DNA of 59,164 nucleotides, filler included, from Asterionella formosa (lineage: Eukaryota): NCBI GenBank assembly GCA_002256025.1. It is 4 parts of 4 records of this genome, joined end to end, with 100 filler letters (N's around TTAATTAATTAA, not from the genome) between each part and the next. Parts side by side here need not be neighbours in the genome. Positions count along the whole stretch, not along the records: positions 1 to 14,726 come from NKIB01005805.1; positions 14,827 to 29,550 come from NKIB01005806.1; 2 more parts are not named here. The stretch is one strand, 5' to 3'. Below the pieces are notes generated by a model, which saw only the letters and a list, made by a program, of their open reading frames with translations, had not been told where the DNA came from and searched no databases. Made by a program: the position numbers and the translations under genes. Shown here piece by piece: positions 11,262 through 21,939 of the stretch; within the stretch, counting starts at the first letter, position 1; each line of letters begins with the position of its first letter.

Positions 11262-12458
11262 CTAGATAGGAATATTATTAGTTTTCCTATGTCTAACAAG
11301 CTCTTCCAGGGCAGACTTAATCGATGCAAATATGAATCTTTGCGCTTTGTGGTGTTCATGGCTTATCACTCCATATGCAATCGTTTTCGTTTGTTGAGCC
11401 AAGTTGGTTGTAATCACTGGAAAAACGCCGTTTCCTTCTTGTGTCAGTCTGTAAGATGATTCAGCAGCGAAGAAGATTGGATTGCCCCAGATTCTTGGTT
11501 GTTAGTACAGCTACCAAAGAGTCGTCATCTGGTTGACAGTCTATGCCAAGTAGGTACATTGAATGTTGCGTGAAATTAAATATATTTTCCTTCTTATCCG
11601 ATTCAAGGACAGCAGCGATTCCTCCCCAGTTATTGCCTTGACCATTAATTAGCCCAACCGATTTATTGCGTAAGCGAGTGAGTTGTCGTTTCATACACTT
11701 TTTCAAATTTTCATCAACAGGAATTCCTTTTGCCCTAGCCTCAGCAATGTAACGTGCTGGTTTCATGTTCAATTTATTCGGGGAAGTAATTAACACAGAC
11801 TGATAGTATTTGTGAATACGTTTTCTTATGCCATCCTTGACATCATTATGTTGTGTGTGTTTTAAATCACCAATCTCAATTGTGGTCAAATTCGTTTTGG
11901 TATGGAATAATTCACAAATTACAAAGGGACATTTACAGGAATGAAAAAATGTGCATCTTTTCTTGTTTGTAACTCGAATGCCATCAGGTCTAAAGTACGG
12001 ACGATCTTTTGCTAAACACATGAGACTCCCGCCACCTCCAAAATTCCGTTGTCCCAAATCGCAAAGGATACCTTCAACCACCCCAGTCTTGACATCCGTA
12101 GCAAAATAATTATTCACCCACACCTCGACTGTTGTTTCATTTGGTGGATTGACGAGAACACCATCATTGAGTGCTAAAAGAACCTCGCTTTCCAAAAAAC
12201 CCACCAGGCTCTTCTGTGACAGTACCCATTCCACCTTCGATTTCTTCGATATCAGAGCTGTTTGAAGTCATCCTCGTTACCCTCTTCAAATTCAGGCTGT
12301 TTTTCGATACCAGAACTGTCAGTACTATCACTGTCGCTATGACTGTGACTGTGACTGTCATCTTCATCAGCCACTTCTTCGCTTTTATCTGAGATATCTT
12401 CCATCCCAGTGGTTTTCAAACCACCGGGACAGTATGTAAACAAGTTTCGTCTCAACAT
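11262..12458 (-). pseudogene. MULE transposase N-terminal half (acidic N-terminus, WRKY/FLYWCH-like zinc finger, first RNase H strands)
   Basis: CTFFHSCKCPF...HTQH finger and VAVLTTKNL. A frameshift near 11490 leads to WGNPIFFAAESSYRLTQEGNGVFPVITTNLAQQTKTIAYGVISHE...KSALEELVRHRKTNNIPI, ending in TAG TAA TGA. Confidence 0.75.
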
Positions 12459-12522
12459 GGAGGAGGGTCGTTAATTTAAGTAAATAAGGCCACTACTAAT
12501 GGTGGACCAAAACGCCAAGAAC

Positions 12523-12905
12523 CAATACCCGGTAGGAACATGACGTGGCTACTGTGAAACTGTACCTATTACTACGCTGGTACTGTGAAACTGTAGGTTT
12601 GCCCTACCAGCATTCCCTTCTTCCCCTTGTTTCAATACCCGGTAGGAACATGACTTGCTACTGTATAACTGTACCTATTACTACGCTAGTACTGTGAAAC
12701 TGTAGGTTGCCCTACCAGCATTCCCTTCTTCCCCTTGTTTCAATACCCGGTAGGAACATGACGTGGCTAATGTGAAACTGTACCTATTTCTACGCTATTA
12801 CTGTGAAACTGTAGGTTTGCCCTACCAGCATTCCCTTCTTCCCCTTGTGTCAATCCCCGGTAGGAACATGACATGGCTACTATGAAACTGTACCTATTTC
12901 TACGC
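12523..12905. repeat. Tandem repeat, ~110-bp unit x3.5
   Basis: Units begin CAATACCCGGTAGGAACATGAC at 12523, 12633, 12741 and 12851. Confidence 0.95.
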
Positions 12906-13108
12906 CGGTAGATAAATTATTGCATTACGTACCATGTAAACATGATGTCGCATTTATGACTATATTTAACCCCCTACTCAAGATTCCATAGAACTATGAA
13001 CCATGACAAATAGTGCTTAAATGAAAGTCACTACAAAATTGACGTAGAGGAATTTGTTGCATCTTGAAATGTTGTATGTTAATCTCTTCATACATAAATA
13101 TACAGGTA

Positions 13109-14726
13109 TGTTGATCAGACCGATCGAAATTCTGACGTGGTCACCTCGACAGAATTCTTCTTCCCGATTTTCCTCGGAACTAAATATTGCATGGTTTATA
13201 ACACTTTATAATCTTAGTTTGTGTTTTCTCCTTCTTTGATCGTCGCTTCATACTCTTTGTATACCTCATGAGCCTCGTCAATCGTTAGCGTGTTTGTTGA
13301 GATCAGAACAGTTTATCAGACCCATAGCACTCGAAAGAGGGAAGAGAAGGTTTGAGAAGAATCGGACGATAGCAACTGCGATTGCGCCATTGTGAGCAAC
13401 AAGTGCCGGAAGTTGCGTCGGTGACAAGCACAACAAACAGTCACAGTATCTCACTGTCTAAACAGCAGATCATCCAACTTTGGAGTGACAGGTCAAAGGG
13501 ACCGTAAGACACAGGGTGTCATCGTTCACACATTTTGTCATTGTGACATAAAATCCCACCGGAAGAGGGATTGTGTGCTGTTGTTGTTGGATAGATTCCA
13601 CTCATCAAAGAACATATATAAAGTCGGCATGGCCGAACAGAACGACGATCGCCCAGGCGAAAGAGAACATTTTAAAAATGCACTGATCCACGTGGTGCAA
13701 TTAAATGAAGCACAAGCAGATCGTTTGATCATGCAAGACATTTCAATGTCATCCGAGCTCTCATATGTTGATGACGAGACTCTTATGTTATGTTTCCAAG
13801 CTAATAATCGTCCTACAGCTGGAAAGAAAATGCGACTGATGGCATTTAAGATGTGGATCAGAGAACAACAGGCAAATGAAGGTTTCGGAAATGTATCTTC
13901 AAACTATTTTACAAATGAAGAACTAACAAAAATGCTTGAACAGGTTGGAAATGGCCAAAAACGCACCATTGACGCATCACAAAGAAACTATGTCCGTGAT
14001 ATTAAAGAACCTGAACCATGGCTTGGCAAACCACAAGATTGGCGTAAGCGAAAGCGAGAGCTCATTGCTTATATGGCTAAATGCCGCAATCGCAACAATG
14101 TCCCTTTTCTTTACCTCATAAGAGAAGAACAAGGATATATTGAAACTGATGACAATGACATGAGTGTGATCATCAGGGATACCCCACATCACGGAAGTGT
14201 CTATCAAGCAGACAACTATGATTTCTTCCAAGTGTTAATTAGCTGGACAAGTGGTGGCACGATGGAAGCACTTGTTGACCGTTACCGTTCCACCAAGGAT
14301 GGGAGATCAGCATGGCAGATGATTATAACGATGATGGACGGTCAAGATTCATGCAATGCAAGGATTAAGGATGCAGATGCGAGAATTGATAATGCATTCT
14401 ACAGAGAAGACAGATCTCAATTCACATTCGAACAATATTGCGCAGTTCATATAACTTCCAACATTGAAATGGAAGAATTAAATGTCCAACGTGATGGTTT
14501 TACACAAGTTCGTAAATTTCTGGATGGTATCAAACACCAGAGCATGCAAGGCCTTAAATTCCTAATTATGGACAACGAGAAAACAAAAGCAGACCTCCAA
14601 GCTGCAGTAATCAAAATGAAGGACCTCTGGAACCAGTCAAAGCCTGCTGCTGCCTCATCCTCAAACACACGTAATCGTGACGAACAAAATATAGGCAACG
14701 CGAACTTCCGCGCATTCAGGGGTGGC
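13109..14726 (+). mobile_element. Second Copia (CoDi-like) LTR retrotransposon, 5' part; runs into an assembly gap
   Basis: Candidate LTR TGTTGATC...CCTCA at 13109-13268 (boundaries uncertain), followed by a leader and an intact gag ORF. Confidence 0.75.
13629..14726 (+). CDS. gag: Copia gag protein (partial, truncated by gap)
   Basis: Motifs VPFLYLIRE, GSVYQADN, DGRSAW, FTFEQY and QVRKFLDGIK, characteristic of diatom Copia gag. ATG at 13629. Confidence 0.82.
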
Positions 14727-14826
14727 NNNNNNNNNNNNNNNNNNNNNNNNNNNNNNNNNNNNNNNNNNNNTTAATTAATTAANNNNNNNNNNNNNNNNNN
14801 NNNNNNNNNNNNNNNNNNNNNNNNNN
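14727..14826. other. Assembly spacer (Ns around TTAATTAATTAA); same at 29551-29650 and 44358-44457; plain N gaps at 33932-34126 and 38352-38753
   Basis: Identical 100-bp N/TTAATTAATTAA/N cassette three times. Confidence 0.97.
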
Positions 14827-15139
14827 ACATGGCCGAAATCTAAAAGCGATGACGATCGATTTATTGAGGAGGTTGATTGATATGTAACGATATGCATATG
14901 TATATGCATACCTATTTTGGCAAGAGCAAGCCATTTTGAGTATGAGCAAGCAAGTCTTGAAATATTCCGGGAAATTCTTTATAGTCATTCATGTCTAAAC
15001 ATCTTTTTATATAATGCACTGTTATTTATAACTGTAAAAAATTTGTGTTTGTGTTGACCAAATTTTGGGGTTATGGGTACAACGATTTGTGTTATAATAC
15101 ACATGATATAATAATTTTTTATTATCAGAGCGCGCCCAT

Positions 15140-16240
15140 TAGAGAAAGAAGTTACTCTACATACTGCCTTTGATTCAAATAGTAAAATTACTATGACTGG
15201 TATAGGAGATGAATTAAATTCAAGGAAAAGGACAAGTGAACAAGAACAAGAAGAAGGGAAAGAAGCAACTAGTAGACTATTATTGCTAGGGGGGAGTGAT
15301 GAATCATCAGAACATCATTTGTTAGAGAGTTCGAATATGGGGCAAACTCAGAAGGCTACTGGTCCTATCAGCACATGGTATTGCAGCTCAAAGATTGCGT
15401 TGATGTTCTCAAAGTACTCTACCCTCAATTCGATTTCTTGTTTCTTTTTGATCACTCCTGTAGGCACAACTGTTAGAAAGAATATGGCTTAAATGTTGAA
15501 TGAATGACTACGTCCTATGGAGGTGCCCAAAACGGTTGAGAAATATGGCGAACACATGGTTACCAGGGAACTCACTTACCTAAGCTGGAACCAGGGCAAA
15601 CGCAATCAATGTTATTCAGAATAGATGACACCGGACCATTCTGGATGACTCAAGTTGAACGAGATCAAAAGCGCCATGACTTGGTACTGGAAGGACAAAC
15701 AATCACAAGACAACTAAGGCAAAGAGGAATGTTAGCAAAGGGTAAGAAGCAAGCAATACAGTCCTCTAAGGCACAAGAACACAACTTACCAATTGAAGAG
15801 ACTAAAGCAAAAGTTATCGAAGGATGGGAAAATAAACCAAAGGGTCAGTTGCAGGTACTTTGGGAGCATGGATTTATTGATGAATTGAGATTGGAGACCT
15901 ACACGTTGAATGGAAAGCAGGATGCATTTGGATTTGTGCAGAAAGACTTTTCTTTGAAGTTGCTGAAGGAAAACTGTCTTGAGGAGGTACATTTGCAGTC
16001 AATGGGAGTACTTGTTGACCGAACGCCGAAATGTCACTGTGAATTTGCAGGAGAGGGAATCGAGTATTCTTGGAGTTGAGCCAAGAATTTTTACTGTCGG
16101 GTTTCTCTGAAGAGGAAAAAGGGTAAAGAGGACTTCAGGTCTGTGGTGCGAGAGAGCCTGTCAAAAGACAAAGAGTCAACAACAAAAAGGATAAGACATT
16201 TTTCGAGGCGAGCAAGACAATATATATTTGAGCACAAGAC
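15140..16240 (+). mobile_element. Decayed IS630/Tc1/mariner-like transposase, copy 1 (C-terminal part)
   Basis: VDVLKVLYPQFDFLFLFDHSC, GWENKPKGQLQVLWEHG and RTPKCHCEFAGEGIEYSW; stops and frameshifts. Confidence 0.75.
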
Positions 16241-16979
16241 TAACATTCCAATGATGACGTATCAGCGATTAGTGATTCTGATTCCGATATTTTGGAGATC
16301 GTAGAAAAGGCCGATTTTGTCGAATTTTTGGACGACAGTAGCATAACGTCGGCTGGGTCTGAAGGCGATTTCAATTCTCTATAGGTTTAAGGAATATCAC
16401 GCCAATTTGTTCGCTTCGATCACCTCACCATGTTGCTCAATATCGCTGCTGTTACTTGCGCAAAAGTGATTCCCCAAAGGCTTTTAGATGCGTTCTTCTA
16501 GTCATAAGTGGATCGCTTTTGGGGAATCACTTTTCACATGGCTGATATTCAAAAAGTTGTAGCAATATCAGTCATGGCTGCTATCAGCGACCCTGCCATT
16601 CATGGTGTAGGGTTGCTGGTCAATCAATTCATGGAATATTGTCATGAAAGTAATCTCTTGGCAATAATATAAACTTTAATATTAAGAGATTGATAAGTTA
16701 TCTCAATAAGGTGTTACCAAATCTTTTTTTGGAAGCAAATGAGGTCGAGATTTCAACAGGCAAGAAGGTGATGATATTTCGACATAAGCATCAAAAAAAG
16801 GAAAAAAGTAGGCAATGAATTGTTTATATTACAGGATCAGCGGTATCTAAGCGTCCTAAATATGTATATTATCTGATTGGGAAGGTAAATTGTTTTCCAT
16901 TGAAGAGGCTGCTAAGAAGTGAAAATCGGGGTCATGATGGTCGAAAATTTTGTGATTGTCATGTGATATCATCTAGTGG

Positions 16980-18160
16980 TAGTAGTAATTCACCTCGACT
17001 ATTGGAGAAAGAAGTTTCTCTATGAACTAGTTTTGATTCCAATAGTAAAGCTAATATGACTAGTCTAGCAGGAGAAAAATTGAATTCAAGACAGAGGAGA
17101 AGGGAAGAAGCAATTACTACTAGTACTAGCAATTACTGAGAAACGACATCCAGCTACACTCATCCTTTGAGTCATCATCGTCCCTGCAGTTGTCTGCTCC
17201 TAGGTGTGAAAAGAACGACATTCAGAAACAAACAACCACAACATATTGGGACTCCCATGAAGCCAAGAAACTTTTCAACCTGCTGTCAAAAGATTAACCA
17301 ACCAAGGACTCACACTTGCCACACATGCAAGGATCTGCCACCCTTCCTTCATGCTAACCCCAACATCTGCATGAACATTGCTTCAACAATATGGCAAAGA
17401 AAACTTGGATAACCTTTCCATCGAATGATTTCGGAATATATACATGACAAGGTCCTACCAGCACTGTTCCATTTGACATTCAACGAACCTGTTGAGGAAG
17501 ATGAGGAGCAGAGTGTTAGTGTTGCACTTGACTTGGACTCTGAGGAGGTCAATTCAAAGTTGAAACAAATTCTAATCACACATGGACTTACCTTCATTAG
17601 CCCACCCTCTACCGTCTATCGCTGGATGACTCGTCTGGGATTCCGATATGCAACAAGGAAGAAAGGATTATATGTTGATGGACATGAAAAACCTGCAATA
17701 ATTCAATACCAATGGGATTTCTGCAAATGATCATATCTGGGCTATGAACAAAGGAAGCAGCTTTCATGGAACAGAAGGGTGAGGTAACAAGGGGTTCAAG
17801 TTGCAGGAGAGGGAATCGAGTATTCTTGGGGTTGTGCCAAGAATTTTTACCATCGGGTTTCTCTGACAAAGAGGAAAAAGGTTAAAGAGAACTTCAGGTC
17901 TGTGGTGCAAGAGAGCATGTCAACAGACAAAGTGTTAACATCAAAAAATACAAGACACTTTTCAAGGCGAGCAAGACAGCCAATATATATGTGCATACTT
18001 CAAGATTTGGAACAATCTGGATAAAAAAAACATGACAGGATGGATGCCAAAGTTGACACAACAACACATGAAGCGGATCCATCAGCGTTGGAAAGCTTGT
18101 CAAACAATTCAAAACACACTGCTGTGCCCTCAATTTCGACACAAAAAACCTATGTCAACG
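16980..18160 (+). mobile_element. Decayed IS630/Tc1/mariner-like transposase, copy 2 (N-terminal part, central deletion, C-terminus)
   Basis: STVYRWMTRLGFRYATRKKGLYVDGHE. 17801-17980 is near-identical to 16046-16220, and 17004-17095 is homologous to 15143-15230. Confidence 0.75.
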
Positions 18161-18389
18161 ATCTAACATAGCGAACAACAGAGCAACGAAGCAAACAAGA
18201 AGCAAGCAGCAAAATCAAATTCATGAACGACGACAACAGATCTATGTTACATACCTTTTGAGGGGAAATGAGAGGAGGGTAATGTAAATTTATCAAAGAA
18301 TTTGCATCAATTTTTGTATGCGTCACAACTTTTTACTCTTAATTATTAAATACAAAAGAAAATCTATACTAAGGCCTACGTATCCTACT

Positions 18390-18950
18390 ATATTGATCTT
18401 CAGATTGCAACCAGCCATATGTCCTGACGATGTACTCTGATTCCGTGGTTGGGGACTCACCAACACTACCGGTAGCAAAACTAGGGAAGCATAAGTCTTG
18501 TTGGCAGATAGTAGCACAATGAATACTTGCCTTGAAATAGGGGAGGAGTTCAAATGGGCTATACAGGAATCAAACTTACCACCTAGGAAGGCATGCTAGC
18601 CAACTAAGCAAGCATTCCCCAAAATCACTTATTTGTAATGCACATACCTGCTCACAGATAACATTGTGGCTGAACACAAGAACAAAAATCCCTAGACATG
18701 AACAAATACATTCTTAACCAATCAACGGTTTTTGCCAAAACAGACATAATTCTCTACACACTTACTATGCACAATCTATACTTCCATCAAAAGACTACAG
18801 ACAATCAAGAAATTCTGAGTTAACAGGCCACCTCAATCTCAAACCAAAATACAAGTTATTTTAATAACATCTCTCTCCAGGGACAACCAATATCCACTGC
18901 CACACCTTATATGGGCCATGGAGCACAATGTCAACAAACATAAAAATTTG
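18390..18950 (+). mobile_element. Short non-autonomous retroposon remnant (structured body plus LINE-type 3' tail)
   Basis: 18400-18562 is homologous to minus-strand 58890-58733. GGGCCATGGAGCACAATG at 18913 matches the LINE tail at 6651-6668. Confidence 0.6.
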
Positions 18951-19017
18951 AAGAGTAATATGGAGGTTTAAATATAATTACCAATATCAGTAAGGCAGGG
19001 CACTACTGACATTCCCA

Positions 19018-21009
19018 TTAACCCCAAAAACTAGTAGACAAGCCATTGTGACCCTTGCCACCCTTACTGCGAGAAGAGCCTTGATCCCCAGGAGTGCTGC
19101 TAGAGGAACCCTTGCCACCCTTACCGCTAGAGGGATCTTGATCCCAAGGAGTGCTGCTGGGGGAACTCTTGCCATTATTACTACCAGAGGGAACTTGATC
19201 CCCAGGAGTGCTGCTAGGGTAACCATTGGAGCCCTTACTGCCAGAGGGGCCTTGATCCCCAGGAGTGCTACTAGAGGAACCCTTGCCACCATTACTGCTA
19301 GAGGGACCTTCATCACCAGGAGTGCTGCTAGGGGAACCCTTGCCACCTTTACTGCCAGAGGGACCTTGATCCCCAGGAGTGCTGCTTGGGGAACCATTGG
19401 AGCCCTTGCCACCTTTGCCGCCCTTGCCACCTTTGCCGCCCTTACCACCTTTGCCCCCTTTACTACCTTTGCCAGTAGAGGTATCTGAATCATTGGGAGT
19501 AGCTACTGGCGAGGAATCCGGTGAAGGAGTTGATATTCCAGGTGGAGCAGCCAGAAACGGTGTTGGCGTGAACACAACAGGGATCGGCGCTGGGGTTGGA
19601 ATAACAACAGGAACAGGCACTGGCGCTGGAATAACAAGAGGAACTGGTGCCGGAGTAGAACTATCAACAGGGTTCGTAGCTGGACTGTCGACGGGAATTG
19701 GCGGAGGAGTCGATATTCCTGGAGGTGCAAGCAGAAACGGTGCCGGCGTGGACTCAACAAGGATCGGCGCTGGGGTTGGAATAACAACAGGAACAAAAAT
19801 TGGCACTGGCGCTGGGGTTGGAATAACAACAGGAACTGGTGCCGGAGTAGAACTATAAACAGGGTTCATAGCTGGACTGGCGCCAGCAATTGGTGGAGGA
19901 GTCGATATTCCTGGAGGTGCGACCAGAAACGGTGCCGGCGTGGACTCAACAGAGACTGGTACTGGGGTTGGAACAATGATAGGGCTTGGGGATGGGTTGC
20001 CAGGTGTGATGCTAGTAGGGGAACCCTTGCTTCCCTTGCTGCCAGAGGGAGCTTGATCCCCAGGAGTGCTGCTAGGGAAACCATTAGAGCCCATGCCACC
20101 TTTGCCACCCATACCACCTTTTCCAACCATGCCACCTTTTCCACCCATGCCACCTTTGCCGCCCTTACCACCCATGCCACCTTTGCTGCCCTTACCACCT
20201 TTGCCCCCTTTACTACCTTTGCCAGTAGAGGTATCTGAATCATTGGGAGTAGCTACTGGCGAGGAATCCGGTGAAGGAGTTGATATTCCAGGTGGAGCAG
20301 CCAGAAACGGTGCCGGCGTGGACACAACAGCGATCGGCGCTGGGGTTGGAATAACAACAGGAACAAAAACTGGCACTGGCGCTGGGGTTGGAATAACAAC
20401 AGGAACTGGTGCCGGAGTAGAACTATAAACAGGGTTCATAGCTGGACTGGCGCCAGCAATTGGTGGAGGAGTCGATATTCCTGGAGGTGCGACCAGAAAT
20501 GGTGCCGGTGTGGACACAACAGCGATCGGCACTGGGGTTGGAATAAAAACAGGAACTGGGGCTGGAGTTGGAATAGCAAGAGGAACTGGCGCAGGGGTTG
20601 GAATAACAACAGGAGCTGGCGCAGCGGTTGGAATAACAACAGGGACTGGCGCAGGGGTAGGAATAACAACAGGAACTGGGCTTGGGGTTGGAATAACAAC
20701 AGGAGCTGGGGCTGGGGTTGGAATAGCAACAGGAACTGGCGCAGGGGTTGGAATAATAACAGGAGCTGGGGTTGGAATAACAACAGGAACTGGCGCTGGG
20801 GTTGGAATAACAACAGGAACTGGTGCCGGGGTAGAACTATAAACAGGGCTCATAGCCGGACTGTCGACAGGAATTGGTGCAGGAGTCACAGGCACAACGG
20901 GAGCAGAAGTTGTCACAACAACGGGAATCGGCCAAGGACTAGCCTGTGCCAGGGCACCGCTGGTGAGAAGGCAGAGGCCCATGGCGAGTTCAGTGATGCA
21001 AAACTTCAT
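19018..21009 (-). CDS. Secreted Pro/Thr/Val-rich repeat protein with Gly/Lys (KxxK) clusters; silaffin-like or cell-wall/adhesion protein
   Basis: Signal peptide MKFCITELAMGLCLLTSGALA, (PTPAPVPVVI)n blocks, GKGSKGGKGGKG blocks and 20-aa C-terminal repeats; uninterrupted ORF. Confidence 0.8.
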   Translation of the reverse strand: MKFCITELAMGLCLLTSGALAQASPWPIPVVVTTSAPVVPVTPAPIPVDSPAMSPVYSSTPAPVPVVIPTPAPVPVVIPTPAPVIIPTPAPVPVAIPTPAPAPVVIPTPSPVPVVIPTPAPVPVVIPTAAPAPVVIPTPAPVPLAIPTPAPVPVFIPTPVPIAVVSTPAPFLVAPPGISTPPPIAGASPAMNPVYSSTPAPVPVVIPTPAPVPVFVPVVIPTPAPIAVVSTPAPFLAAPPGISTPSPDSSPVATPNDSDTSTGKGSKGGKGGKGSKGGMGGKGGKGGMGGKGGMVGKGGMGGKGGMGSNGFPSSTPGDQAPSGSKGSKGSPTSITPGNPSPSPIIVPTPVPVSVESTPAPFLVAPPGISTPPPIAGASPAMNPVYSSTPAPVPVVIPTPAPVPIFVPVVIPTPAPILVESTPAPFLLAPPGISTPPPIPVDSPATNPVDSSTPAPVPLVIPAPVPVPVVIPTPAPIPVVFTPTPFLAAPPGISTPSPDSSPVATPNDSDTSTGKGSKGGKGGKGGKGGKGGKGGKGSNGSPSSTPGDQGPSGSKGGKGSPSSTPGDEGPSSSNGGKGSSSSTPGDQGPSGSKGSNGYPSSTPGDQVPSGSNNGKSSPSSTPWDQDPSSGKGGKGSSSSTPGDQGSSRSKGGKGHNGLSTSFWG

Positions 21010-21939
21010 CTTCACTTGCAAGTTTTGTCGACCCTTCGAAATTTTGTCGAACCTTCGAAATTTTGTTCACTATTCGTCGACTCTCGAAATGTTGTCAACT
21101 CTTGTGGGAGCAAGAAGTAAATTGCTATCAACAAATCAATCCACCCTTGCTGGTTGATCTGTTTTATGAATAATAAGGAAAGATGCAACAAATAGCTGCA
21201 CTGCGCAGGTACCTGTATTGATTCGTTTTGTCCCTTTTTCCTGACATCTGACAATCATCCATCTTTCTTAACAAACCCAGAGAAAGCCCAAGGTGTTTTC
21301 ATTTGAATCCAAGCAAAAGGTGGGGAACCTTCGTGAATGCACAGGGTTCAAATCTATTCCAATAGTATACTACAGAGGAGTGGAAATATATTTTTTTATG
21401 TAATAACTATATACATGTGTATTTATTCCTCCTTTTGTTATATATCCCTACAAAAATAAATATGTCTTTTCTGGCGACGATTATATCGGAAAGATTACAG
21501 ACATGTCAATCGTAACTGTCATAAGAATGGATTACCTCGACAAAATTTGATTAAGCATGAAGGCGGCCCTGAGTTCAAAAAATATTAAAGCCCTTCCCCG
21601 GAGGTCGCCAGCATGATATTAACTACCAGGGTAACGTTTACCAAGTACTCTACCAGGGTACCAGCAACTTGCGGTCATTTTGATTAATTAAATAAGCATT
21701 TTTAACTTGGATAAAAGCAGCTAAACTTTTAAGTTTATGAAAATGACCGCTACTCGCAGGTACATCAAATCAGAAGATTACTGAACTCTGTTTTATTAAA
21801 GCCCTTTCTCATGACGAAACTTGGTGATTTCATTCAAAAATACATTTTATATTTAGTATCTCAATTGTAAACAGTTCTGCAAAAATGTTATTATAGCCCT
21901 CTCCTTTCTCCCTAAATGATCGAACTGCTATAGAATATA

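Noticed and set aside
14771..14782. TTAATTAATTAA palindrome repeated three times in the window
   Set aside because: Always centred in a 100-bp N cassette; an artificial scaffold spacer with stops in all frames. Adjacency across these gaps is not guaranteed.
18987..20842. Many long overlapping and antisense ORFs
   Set aside because: Shadow frames of the low-complexity repeat CDS on the minus strand.
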